A stretch of 58,535 bases of DNA, counting the filler, from Trichosphaerium sp. ATCC 40318 (lineage: Eukaryota; Protista; Tubulinea), in the NCBI GenBank assembly GCA_038496445.1. It is 2 parts of 2 records of this genome, joined end to end, with 100 filler letters (N's around TTAATTAATTAA, not from the genome) between each part and the next. Parts side by side here need not be neighbours in the genome. Positions count along the whole stretch, not along the records: positions 1 to 28,807 come from JALMLS010000444.1; 1 more part is not named here. One strand, 5' to 3'. The position numbers and the translations under genes are program-made. Positions 12,489 through 24,562 of the stretch are shown here, piece by piece; position 1 is the first letter of the stretch; the number at the start of each line of letters is the position of its first letter. The notes beneath the pieces are model-generated. The model saw only the letters and a program-made list of their open reading frames with translations. It was not told the origin of the DNA and ran no database searches.

Positions 12489-14533
12489 TAACACCAAAAC
12501 AAGAAAGTAAAAAGATTTGTCGGCCGTATTCAAACGTCCTTTAGGTGAGGATAACTTTATTTGTGTCAGAGAATTAGCTATTGCCAGCTACTTGTATGTA
12601 CTTTCAAGTTGGGCTATTTTGGCTAGTAGAATGGCGTTGCTCTCTTGTAGGCTACTGACAGTTTTTGTTAAGTAGATAATGTCTTGTTGCTTTGTGCTAT
12701 TGTCTTGCTTTAGGTTGGCGTTGCTTATTGTTAAGCTGGCAATGTGCTGTTGCTGTGTAGAATTATCTTTCAAAAGGATGATATTTTCTTGCTTCAAGTT
12801 CACATTACTTTTTGCTAATTTGATATTGTGTAGTTGTTGACTCATATTGTCTTGCTTTAGCATACTGATACTTTGTGCTAAGTTGGCGTTTGCTTGTTCT
12901 TGGTGATTGATGTTTCTTTCTAGGATGAAATTCTCTAGTGTTAAGTTTGTAATGTGTTGTTGTTGCTTTGCATTGGTTTGCTGTAAATTCTGATGAAGTT
13001 CCATCATATTCAGGTTCTTCTTCTTTAGTTTCTCCACCTCATGGTTAGCATCTTGTAATTCTTGTTCAAGATAGAAATAATTCCGACTTCCACTTGAGTC
13101 CATGTGGGAAGCCCACAATTTTCTAGTTACCCTTCAGAGAAAAGAACAAAAAAGAAATTGATTGTCTTACCTGTTGTTAATAAAATCTTCATTGTCAGAA
13201 AGATCATCTGAACCATCAACAATTTGTTTGTTTTCGCCTTTATTAGTCTTTTTATTTCCTTTATGGGATTTTTCTTTTTTGATTCTTTTTCTACTTTTCT
13301 CTTTCAGCGCAACTTTGAGAACATAGCGAGCAACAGCTTGAGTATCTAATAATACTAGTTATATGTCATAATACTACTTGTGTTGAGTGTACCCTGACCA
13401 ACAACAAGCTCATCATACACTGAGTTGGTGAGTTTATCTTCGTTAAGAGGTATACCCAAGTGATCAACCAATGTGTAATGGCTTTGGTAGCCTGGTTTTA
13501 TTGGCTGTCCTCTCAACTTGTCTGTTGGTTTTACCTTTTTTGTAGTCGTCAATTAATAAGAATATGATAAAGTGTTGTTTTGTACAGGGTATATGTTGCC
13601 AGGAGTCACAAGACTCAAAATAAGTGTTTTTTCTTTGATTCCTCCAGTATCATAGGAGCAGGCATACTTTATACTCCGCTAAAAACAACAATGTGAATAG
13701 CATTTGACAAGTTTTACATACTGTGAAGTAGATGCCTTGACCGTAGTATCCAGCATCTAGAGCACTCACAGTTCCAAATCCTGCCTTCACAATACTGTAA
13801 GCTGCTTTTGCAGTTGTTCCGTGAACCATCAATATCACTGGTAACTAAACAGGTGTGTAAGTGTAAGAAATGCTTTGATGATTATTACTGTGTTTGCATT
13901 TGAACTATCTTTGTTATTGGTTCTTTGATCTTGTTGAGTGGGTATAGCTTTGTATCTTATGTAAACGCTCTCTTTGTACTTCTTGTTGGCATCTTTTTTC
14001 CAATCTCGCTTTTTAAACAATGCAGGCAGTTCTCTAAAAAACGTATTATTAGAACCATTAAAATGGCTAAATAAACTGGAAACTACGTACTGATGCCTGT
14101 GCTTTAGTATTTTGTTGGATCGACCAAAGTTTTCAGTCAAGATTTCATTGTAAACAAGAGTTGCTTCGACGATATTGTATTTGTCATAGCCATGCATTTT
14201 TGACATCTCTTCTTGAAGGACCTTGAATTCTCTGACAGCCACTTGATCGTTTGTATCAAGAAGATTCAGCATTCTGTAGTGTGTCGCTTTTGTTGTAATA
14301 CCTCTTGTTTAAAGTGAATCGTTGACAACCAAAATATGACGTAGCGCACATGTTTTTAGATCTGTCCCATGTGTGAGCAAAATACAATCGCAGGTTTAGA
14401 TCCCAGCCATTTTTACTTTTTAATCCTTCGATTTTTAGTAATGTCAATTTAGTAAGAAACAAGAGTGTACCTGTGGTGCTACCGTTTTCTTCGTTTGAGG
14501 ACCCAACAAGTTTGTTACGCCATGCGTCATTAT

Positions 14534-15462
14534 CAGGGCTGAAACTAAACAAGGCTTTGCCTTAAATATGAAGGCATTTTTTTAAAATCAGGCATTGATG
14601 GCAAAAATCAGGCATGCAAAAATGGCAATGCCTGATTTTGCAAAGGCAATGGCAAAAAAGGCAAAAATCAGGCATTGAAATAAGGCTTTGTTGGGCCATG
14701 CCTTAATTGTTGCAATGCCTTGTTTTTTTTAGGCAATGCCTGCCCTAGTTTTTTCATGCATTGCCAGCCTTAAATTTAAAGGCACCAATTAGGCATTGGT
14801 TGTGTACACATTGTACATTAAGGATACATTGGTTTAAGGTAAGTCTCCACCACACCAACACTTCCTAAACATTTTTTTTCATTTACTACTGACGTTTTAT
14901 ATAGACGCCGTCACCAAGCGCTTAGTATTTTATGGATTCTAACGAAACCACCGCCATTCGAACCGCAGCACCCAAATGCACCTACAACAGGAGTATAGGT
15001 ACTTTAAACGATTTTTCCAGTCCGCGAAAATTATACCAATAATTTGTTAATTTTTTTTTCTAGCTAAAGGTTTTTTTTCACATGGAGGACATTGCAGTTT
15101 TTTGTGTTTTGTGTACTGTACTTTAATAAATGAATCACTATTGTATGTCTATATAAAGCCTTGTTTTATGAGTATATGGTGCCTGGGTTATGCCCAAAAA
15201 TTGAGGGCAAAAATGCCTTATTGTTGCACAAAAAATGAGGCATTATTGGACCAACAATGCAGGCTATTTTAAGGCTAATTAGTGAACCAGTTGCTTGCTA
15301 TTTGGCCCAAATATGAGGCTTCAAAGCCCAAAATTACAAGGCAATGCCTCATATTTGCTCATTTTTTTTGGCAAAAACAAGGCAATTTGGTGAAAAATAA
15401 GGCTGTATTTGGTGGCAAAAAAATGGCTTTTGCAAAAAAAGCCTTATTTAGTTTCAGCCCTG
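14534..15462. mobile_element. Non-autonomous TIR element (CAGGG family), copy 1, 929 bp, 2-bp TSD AT
   Basis: TIR CAGGGCTGAAACTAAA...TTTAGTTTCAGCCCTG with many subterminal AGGCAT/ATGCCT repeats. Excision with one AT copy restores the host reading frame. Confidence 0.95.
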
Positions 15463-16112
15463 ATCCCATGCATCATTAGGCATATCATACAAGATACCCC
15501 ACATTAATTGTCCATCTTGTGTCCAAAAGTACTGGTAAAAAACGGTTACAAAGAAACAGAACATAGCAATGTGGATGGTACACTTGAGTGGGAATATGTG
15601 AAAGAACAACGACATATTAAATAACAAATGCCTTTTTCCATTGCCAGTTTAAAATAGGAACGTGTTGGCTAAATGTTGTATGATTAGTAAACAAAGTAAC
15701 ACATTAGTATACCAAGTATGGAAGCCAGTGCTGAAGTTTTTGTCTTCCTTCTAGACGCTCTGAGATTGTAGACAAACAAGATTTCCACAGTGCTTGGCAT
15801 TGTTTACCACTTGGACAGTGTTTTAAGAAAGATACAAACATTTCAACAGCAGCAGGGGCATTTAATATCACTTGTTCAAATAATATGGGGAAAAAGTCTT
15901 GCCACTGTTTTTCGTTGGGTAATATAACTAATAAACAAGTTAATAAGTACTACTTTTAAACAAAAGTGTTGTAGCAGTACATGAATCCGTGTTGGCTCTT
16001 TCTTCGTCAAAAGTGTTGATGTTTGCACTTGCATTGTAAAACAATGGTAAAATTGTATTGTGTCCATGTAGCACTAAATAGTAATGAGGTGACATATATC
16101 ATATGTCATTAC

Positions 16113-17957
16113 CTGTCCAAATCAAAGCTGTCCTTCCATCTTTATCAACAGCATTAATATTTGCCCTTGCATTGAGTAGCATCTTTACAACTTCATTGTC
16201 TCCTTCTATAGCTAAACAGCAGTGAGGAAGCGTATGCTGGTATGCCATTACCTGCCCAAATCAAAGCTGTCATACCACCGTTATCAGCCATGTCAATATT
16301 TGTATTGGCGTTGATTAACATTGATACCATTTCATTGTTTCCTTCTTTTACTAATAGTAACATGAGTAATCATACTGAATTTCATAAGTCACAATGCCTG
16401 CACAAATCAAAGCTGTCCTTCCATACTTATCAACAGCATCAATAGTTGCATTGGCATTGAGGAACATTGATATGATTTCATTGTGCCCTTCCTTAGCTAA
16501 ATAGTAACATGAGCAAATACACTTGGTATATCATATGTGGCATTACCTGCCCAAATCAAAGCTGTCCTCCCACTATTATCAGCAGCATCAATATTTGCAT
16601 TAGCATTTATTAACATTGATACAATTTCATAGTCTCCTTCTATTGCTAAAGGTACGTGAGAAAACACATTTCTCATATTTGTCAATACCAGCCCAAATTA
16701 AAGCTGTTTTTCCTTTTTTATCAACATCATCTATATTTGCGTTGGCATTGATTAGCATTGCTACAATTTCATTGTGGCCTTTTTGTACTAAATTGTAATA
16801 TGAGCAAATGTATGTTGTATGATGATAGTACCTGCACAAATCAAAGCTGTCGTTCCACCATTGTCTACAGCGTCAATATTTGCATTAGTGTTGATTAACA
16901 TCAATACAATTTTGCTGTGTCCTTCATATACTAAATAGTATTGTGAGCAACGACAAGTTGCATTTATGTGACCATTACCTGCATTAATCAAAGCTGATTT
17001 TCCATATTCATCAACAGGGTCAATACTTGCATTAGCATTGAGTAACATTGACATGATTTCATTGTGTTCTTCGTATGCTAAACAGTAACATGAGCAAGTA
17101 CATTGATTTGTATCACTTATGAATTACCTGCCCAAATCAAAGCTGTCATACCACCATTATCAGCCATGTCAATATTTGTATTAGTGTTGATTAGCATTGA
17201 TACCATTTCATTGTATCCTTCTTGTACTAAATAGTAACATGAGGAAATACACGTGTATCACCTATGTGACATTACCTGCACAAATCAAAGCTGTCATGCC
17301 GCCATTATCGACAGCATCAATATTTGCATTAGCATTGAGTAACATTGACATGATTTCGTTGTGTCCCTCTTGTACTAAATAGTAACATGAGCAAATAGAC
17401 ATGTTGTATCATATATGACATTACCTGCCCAAATCAAAGCTGTCCTTCCATATTTATCAAATGTCAATATTTGCATTGGCATTGATTAGTATTGATACAA
17501 CCTTGTTGTGTCCTTCTATTGCTAAATAGTAATGTGAGCTAACACGGGTAATCTGCTATGCTGTATTACCTGCACAAATCAAAGCTGTCATGCTGCCATT
17601 ATTGACAGCATCAATATTTGCATTAGCATTGAGTAACATTGACATGATTTCGTTGTGTCTTTCTTGTACTAAATAGTAACATGAGCAAATACACGTGTAT
17701 CATATGTGACATTACCTGCCCAAATCAAAGCTGTCCTTCCATATTTATCAACAGCATTAATATTTGCATTAGCGTTGAGTAGCATTGATATGATTTTGTT
17801 GTGTCCTTCTATTGCTATACTAACGTGAACAAACGTGTTTTATCTTATGTTACAGTACCTGCACAAATCAAAGCTGTATCTCCAAATTTATCAGCGGCAT
17901 CAATACTTACATTGGCTGTAATTAATTTTGAAAAAGTTTCAGCATGGCCATTTGTCA
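16113..17957 (-). repeat. Tandem array of 13 ~145-bp units, each a 99-nt phase-1 ankyrin exon plus a conserved intron
   Basis: Each exon encodes xxEGHNxIxSMLxNANANIDAVDxxGxTALIWA. The introns are also similar to each other. One exon (17425-17521) is 97 nt. Confidence 0.92.
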
Positions 17958-18906
17958 CTACAATTGGTTAGCTATTTGGTCACCAAGCGTAGTAAACCTG
18001 CAAAAAACCACACTAATTCAATTACACGCCCGCTTGAATAATAGAGATTGTTGGTCATTTCTATAAGGTGTTACCAACATAAAATGCCCATTGTAGAGTA
18101 AAGCGTTGTTTCACCTACTAGTTGTTTTCTTCACTTTAGTTGAACCGCGGTTCTACCATGACGTGCTGTCACTCTTGAGGTTGTTGTAAAGCAATATTAA
18201 GTTGGTGTAGACTTGATCAGAGATTGTTAGGTGAACTGTTATATTATTGGTTCGTTTACAATAACGGGCATTATTTTGTTTTTTATTTCCATTGAATATC
18301 TTTAAACCACGAAAAACCGTTAGTTTTGCGCAAAAAAAATGATTGGGTAGGACCGGAGATAATTATCAGGTCCCTAGTATTAATCATTCAATCTGCTTTG
18401 GAGTTGAGTAGTGCTACGGAAATGCGTTCATGTTTTTGGAGTTAGTCATTACATGAATAAATGTAAAAACAATATGTCGCCAAAAGGCAACTTTATTTTT
18501 TTGAGACCTACCTTTTTTAGAGCGCTTTTTACTCGTAAGTTTTCAGGTGCGTTTGTGGTCATTTTTTGGAGTGTTTACAAAGAAAGGCATTGTTTTCAGC
18601 TTTTTTTTGCCGTCAACTAATAGCATCCTAGAGATGACAGTTGACAACGATAACTACCGTAAAAGCATATGGATTTGCAAATACAAAGCGGAAATGTTTA
18701 AGAGGATGCTGACATTGGCAGAACTTTATGGAGTTGACACAGATTATAGATAAAAAAAGATTGTAAATAATCCCATTTTTTCGCTTGTATTTGTTAATCA
18801 CTATGAGCATCCAGTACATTTTTACAAGCATAAAATGTGTAACCCACATGCTAGTATCTATGATACAAAATGTGAGGCATGGAAAATATAAAGAGTAAAG
18901 ATGAAC

Positions 18907-19244
18907 TAACGCCCGTTATGAATACAAGCAATATTCATATTCATTGTCCCGTAAGCCATATTCATTAATATTCATGAGTCAGGATGTTGAGAAGCTTTTG
19001 GTTTGTAGCACCTAGGGATGTTCCAAATGGATAGATTCAACAAGTTGCATTTGAAAACCGAATCGGAATTGTCAACAGAACACCAAACCCACAAATCCAG
19101 TCAAAATCAGCCATCAAATTGCACAATTTCGACCGTTTACTGTGTTTTGCATGAATAATGAATTTTTTTTAGTCGTGAATATTTGTGAATGTAGGCTGTA
19201 TTTGAATATTATTCAAATTATGCATTCATAACAGAAGGGCGTTA
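18907..19244. mobile_element. 338-bp MITE with 8-bp TSD AGATGAAC (hAT-like)
   Basis: TIR TAACGCCC(---/TTCT)GTTATGAAT at both ends. AGATGAAC lies at 18899-18906 and 19245-19252. The paralogous site near 4236-4245 lacks the insert. Confidence 0.85.
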
Positions 19245-19325
19245 AGATGAACTACCAACAATTTCGGTGTATTTAATAAACCGGTTTTTTATTAGAAAGA
19301 GCACCATATGGTTTTGTGATATTTA

Positions 19326-20053
19326 CTATAGTTTATTGTGGCGCCAAGTTATACCCAAAGATTTTGCTGCTTTTTCTTCTATTCTGCTACGATAAACATC
19401 AGCTTGTTTGAGAGATTTCAAGTAATTCCAATCATTTGTAATTCTGTTACAATTTCGAACATAGAGGTACTCAAGATTGACCAAGGGTTGCATATCTGCG
19501 TCTTTTATGCTGCCACATGAGGTCAAGTGTAGATGCTTAACGTTACCCAAGAATTTAAGTACATCAGTCATGGCATTGTCGTTATAAATATCTAACGTAT
19601 GAATATTGCCAAGTTGTTGAAGCCATGAGTCTTTGGATCATCAAGCATAGTTCATGCACATCCTTTAGCGCCGTAATCCCTTCAACAGTAATGTTGGAGC
19701 AACCAGTGATGTTTAACTTGTATACACCACTTAGAGCTTGCAATGAAGAGTCCGTGATGCTTGAACGTCGAAGACAAAGGGTGTGAACACCACGAAGGCA
19801 CTTCAAGTCATCAAAAGAAAGACGTAAGCCGTTACAATATATGTCAGTGTTTTTAAGCAATGGGCTGTCTTTGAGGAGTGTTATCTTAACAAAACCCAAT
19901 ATTGCTTCGAATGACATCAATGAAGAGATGAGAGACAGTAGAAGTTGTTATACGCTCCTTTCTCGCTAGATATTGTAGAATATTCGTTAATGTCTCTGGA
20001 GGTATCTGCAGTGGTATCTGTTGTTTCACCGATCGTTTTTTAGCCGAGGACAT
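19326..20053 (-). pseudogene. Frameshifted intronless F-box/LRR gene (same family as 1880-2938)
   Basis: MSSAKK...QIPPETLTNILQYL (F-box) stops early. LRRs continue in two other frames (19582-19920 and 19326-19571). It shares SPL(L/V)KNT and GVHTL motifs with the first LRR gene. Confidence 0.75.
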
Positions 20054-20466
20054 TAGGAGGTGTTGACGTTGTGGTTGTTGTAGTTGACTAACAATGATTC
20101 TTTAAGAGCTTTTTTATCAATCTTAATTTCAATCTAGGAATTGCAATCACTGAATTAAGTTTTATCCAGCTTAAAGGCACTGTGGGGTTATACTAAAATG
20201 TCGAAGAAAAAGTCAAACAAATGTCGAAGTGATATTGAACTGTTCACCACAAAGGGAGACAACTGGGTTATGGCGCTCAGTCGCCGCTAGGCTCTGCCCC
20301 CCAAACCCCCCCCGAATGCCTTAACTTTGTATACTAAATAAATAACCCCTATCCCCCCTAACCAAATTCAATCATTTAAATAAATAAAATTCACTCAAAA
20401 CGTAAGATCAATCACTCACAAAACCAATCATTCATGAATTTCACACAAAATCAATCAAATACTTAT

Positions 20467-21335
20467 CAGGGCTGAAACTAAACAAGGCTTTGCCTTAAAT
20501 ATGGAGGCATTTTTTTAAAATCAGGCATTGATGGCAAAAATCAGGCATTGAAATAAGGCTTTGTTGGGCCATGCCTTAATTGTTGCAATGCCTTGTTTTT
20601 TTTAGGCAATGCCTGCCCTAGTTTTTTCATGCATTGCCAGCCTTAAATTTAAAGGCACCAATTAGGCATTGGTTGTGTACACATTGTACATTAAGGATAC
20701 ATTGGTTTAAGGTAAGTCTCCACCACACCAACACTTCCTAAACATTTTTTTTCATTTACTACTGACGTTTTATATAGACGCCGTCACCAAGCGCTTAGTA
20801 TTTTATGGATTCTAACGAAACCACCGCCATTCGAACCGCAGCACCCAAATGCACCTACAACAGGAGTATAGGTACTTTAAACGATTTTTCCAGTCCGCGA
20901 AAATTATACCAATAATTTGTTAATTTTTTTTTCTAGCTAAAGGTTTTTTTTCACATGGAGGACATTGCAGTTTTTTGTGTTTTGTGTACTGTACTTTAAT
21001 AAATGAATCACTATTGTATGTCTATATAAAGCCTTGTTTTATGAGTATATGGTGCCTGGGTTATGCCCAAAAATTGAGGGCAAAAATGCCTTATTGTTGC
21101 ACAAAAAATGAGGCATTATTGGACCAACAATGCAGGCTATTTTAAGGCTAATTAGTGAACCAGTTGCTTGCTATTTGGCCCAAATATGAGGCTTCAAAGC
21201 CCAAAATTACAAGGCAATGCCTCATATTTGCTCATTTTTTTTGGCAAAAACAAGGCAATTTGGTGAAAAATAAGGCTGTATTTGGTGGCAAAAAAATGGC
21301 TTTTGCAAAAAAAGCCTTATTTAGTTTCAGCCCTG
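20467..21335. mobile_element. CAGGG-family element, copy 2, 869 bp, TAT on both flanks
   Basis: Near-identical to 14534-15462 except for an ~60-bp deletion between GGCAAAAATCAGGCAT direct repeats. Confidence 0.95.
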
Positions 21336-21379
21336 TATTCATTTATTGTAAATACAACCATAACGCACAACAGCTCCTC

Positions 21380-22453
21380 ATGTCTCAACAAATACCACAT
21401 AAAAAGTACTTTGAAAGACCAGCATATCATGGAATGCGGTTTATGTACAAGGGAAAATCCTTATCATTGAGTGCATATTTCTATAAAAGGCTGCAAGAAA
21501 ATTACCCTGGAAAACAAGACTATGAAAATGCAAAGACACTATTTCTTGCTAAGTGTAAGGAAGCAAAAGTGGCTCCAGATGATCCCAACCTTGTTAAAAA
21601 GGTTGGTGGACACATGCCTGCACGCAACATGATGGTATTTGAACCTGAAGTTGCAAAAGCAGTCTGGAAAGTCATGAAAGAAAGAGACTTTGAAGAAGGT
21701 AATAATCAATCTAGAGTCGTCACTATGAAAAACTCTACTACCCTCCCCTACCTAAAAATCACTCACTCACTTTTACTTTAGTTAAGCGCATTGGTACCCT
21801 CAATTGTATAGAGTCAAGCTATGAGCCATGTTACAAGCACAAATACAATAGACCATATTTTATGCTGGGAAGAAAAAAGATAAATTTGGTTCACTTTGGC
21901 TTATTCGCTGAGTATGATATATCAATCTACACACGTACAGGAGAGAAAAAAGATGGCCCCTATTTCTACCTACCTGATGTACCTCGTATGTCTGTGGATG
22001 TGTCACACCTGTGTCACAACCCTCGCTGCATAGAACTAGGAGGTCATCTAGTCATTGAAACTCAAGTAGATAATCTGTCTCGAAATCGGTACAAATCAAT
22101 CAAATAGAAAATCCCGCTAACCTCCCTTACCTAGCTGCAAGTTCATCTTTACAAAAAAGGATCCCAACCACAAATGCACTATACATGGTGTTTCATGTCT
22201 AACCCCCCATGTTAATGAAGAAGCTGTAGAGAGCATGGACAGTATTCAACTAAGATCAATCAGGAGAAGTTACGACACAAGCAATTACAAGTACCGAAAC
22301 CAAAAGAAACATACTGCCCGTCTTAGAAAAGAGTTTGAAGGTAAACTTGCTGAAAGTAGCGGCATTATTAAACGATTCAAAACAAAAACACGTAATCTTG
22401 AGGATGAAGTCCGTAAATTAAAACTACAGCTAAAGCTACAAAATAAACTGTGA
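21380..22453 (+). CDS. His-Cys box (His-Me finger, I-PpoI-like) endonuclease with C-terminal coiled coil, 314 aa, 3 exons
   Basis: Exons 21380-21698, 21782-22088 and 22135-22453 splice in frame. Motif: VSHLCHNPRCIELGGHLVIETQVDNLSRNRC...KCTIHGVSC. Confidence 0.85.
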
Positions 22454-22967
22454 CTCTTATTTTACACCCCCTAACCCCCCATACCTTTTTTTTGTTTTTG
22501 CGATAATATCAATCACGGGATATCTAAACCCTTTAGTCCCCTCCATAATTGAAAACTATGGTAGTAGAAAACCCGCTAGTACCCCTTACCAAATTCAATC
22601 AAACTCAAACGTGACTAAACCCTAATGTGTAATCATAGAGACACACTCAAGGGATATTGGTCAGCAATCAAAGTATTACGGCACCTCGAGTGCCAAGTGA
22701 TTGAATCATGGGACATCTAAACCCTCTAGTCCCCCTAAAAGGGGGGGCTTTCTAAATAGTTCCTATGACATAATATATTGTCCGTTTCAGTCAAGTTGGT
22801 CAAAATTTAACTGGTTGTGCACGAAAGTTAGTTATCTGGTGAAAATTTCTAAATTTCTATGCTAACCGGTTAACTGACGAAAATATTCAAATTTCAAGGT
22901 GATGCGGAAGCCAGAGAACACTTCCAAGAAAAAAAAAAAACCCACGTGTACAAAATAACAAGTTTAT

Positions 22968-24533
22968 TTATTTTAACTCTTTTAAAGACAAAATCTGCGC
23001 CTTCAACAATGCCAACTGCTCATGTAATGCTTGTGCTTGGTATTCACGTTGTTTTATTAAGTCAGCATGAACACAGTGTTTTTGCCAGCGAAAGAACCCA
23101 CAGGTGCCACGTGGACAATTGTAGTACCACTTTCCTGGGTTTTTTTCGCTGTTACTAAGCTTTGCGATAATTGTTAGCCCACAATAACATGTTCGCTTTT
23201 CTGGTGCTTTAATGGGTATAGCCGCTAAAAGAGGTAAGTTTAGAGTAGTTGTTGATAAAAAACATACGAATGCTAGGTAGCATATTCAATGCACCTAATT
23301 CATTTGTAGGATACAGCGATGGCGTAGTAGTGTCCAAAGATAGCGTGTTAGCATCTGCAGGATATAGCGATGGCTTTGTGGTGTCCACATTAACTGGTGA
23401 TGAGATTTGTGGCATCGTGGTGCGTTTGGGTTTTCTATACAACCTTTTTAGCGCATATCAAAAATTACTGACGTACTTTGCAGGTTGTGGTAAGAGTGGC
23501 GTTGATTTTCTTTTGCGCGTCTTAAAGTCACTTGCCTTTGCTGGACGATAGCTTGATAGCGTAAGCAATAAGAAGTGAAAAATATAGGTACCTAACTTGT
23601 GGATCATCTTCATCCAAAGTTAAATCTATTTGTAGTATTTGTGTGCTGCTACAAACGTTAATAAAGTATTTTACACAAAAATATTTATTTCGTAGAATAC
23701 CTTGGTTTGAAGAGCTTTGACACACTTGCTTGTTGTGCAGCTTCAACTAATAGTTGAAGTGGAGAAGAGCCATCAGTGATTTTAGGCTGATCAATGAGAG
23801 CTTGAATCACAGTGGCATCAGAGAGAGCAGAAGTCACTCCAATGGGCAAACCGGTTTGTGTTTTTGCTTTATGCTTGATTTTTGGTCCACGAAATCCAGC
23901 TGAAAAGTGTTAACACAATAAAAGAAATTAAATATGTACTTTTTTTTTCCATTTCTTTTTTTCGGTGTTCTGATGCCTTTTTTCTTAACATAGCAGTAAT
24001 ATTGTTGAACAAATGCATTCACTCACTCTCTTCTTTTTTTCCTGTAAGACCACATATTTTTTCAAAAGGTGGTACACCAGCAAACATGGCTGCTTGTTTT
24101 TGAAGGTCAGACTTCAGTTTGGCTGTGCTGGTTACAAGTTTTCCTTGCAAACGTTCAATCTACAAAATTTGTGTTAACATTGTTGGAGAGGAAGTTTGGT
24201 ACCTGCTGCTTTGTCTTTGAGACATCAGCGTCTACTCTATTTTGTCTTCGGACAAGATCAGCATGGATGGCATTTTGCAGCATGTTTTGTCTTGTAGTTG
24301 CTTCGACAGTGTGCCCTAAAACAATTTTAGATTTTGTGTAAATTTTTTTGTTACTCAATACATTTAGGGTGTTTACAATGCTCAGGCCCAGGACATGGTA
24401 TCCTGTAACCGTTTTCGTCTGTTGGGCACTTGTGGGTAAGTTTTCCGTAGGCATTTGGCTTTCTATGTTCCAACTGTTTGTTGTGACACTTGCCACAAGT
24501 CCTACCACTGCGTTGAGTTGCTTTTCTTGGCAT
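22968..24533 (-). CDS. Transposon cargo gene: N-terminal Cys/His-rich region, low-complexity middle, C-terminal GRF zinc finger and coiled coil (multi-exon)
   Basis: Last exon reads TCYCGLTIIAKLSNSEKNPGKWYYNCPRGTCGFFRW (GRF-ZF). First exon reads CGKCH...HKCP...CPGPEHCKH. The stop codon is inside the left TIR. Middle exons were not fully resolved. Confidence 0.7.
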
Positions 24534-24562
24534 CGTTGTTTTGAACTATGACTTAAGTCACA

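Larger units (their letters stand above)
12588..18058 (-). pseudogene. Ankyrin-repeat / PARP-type ADP-ribosyltransferase / coiled-coil gene, interrupted by a MITE
   Basis: 13 ankyrin exons (16113-17957) splice in frame through linker exons to the ART domain (HGT, GYYGQGIYFT, YA, YDELVV = H-Y-E triad) and a C-terminal heptad coiled coil. Removing the MITE plus 2 bp restores ...PNDAWD-NDAWRNK.... The start codon is uncertain. Confidence 0.7.

Noticed and set aside
16113-17957. Regular repeat array resembling CRISPR
   Set aside because: Units are ankyrin exons plus introns with splice sites; there are no unique spacers or cas genes.
20171-20184. TTAAAGG suggesting a Kolobok-type end
   Set aside because: No matching CCTTTAA end with a TIR; the 9-bp direct repeat explains the boundary better.
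21155-21379. N-terminal 75 aa of the 208-aa ORF (also ORF 15282-15479)
   Set aside because: Mostly read-through from the MITE arm; the nuclease most plausibly starts at ATG 21380.
22968-24533. Possible Fanzor/TnpB cargo in the IS630/Tc1 element
   Set aside because: No RuvC motifs seen; the recognisable domain is a GRF zinc finger.
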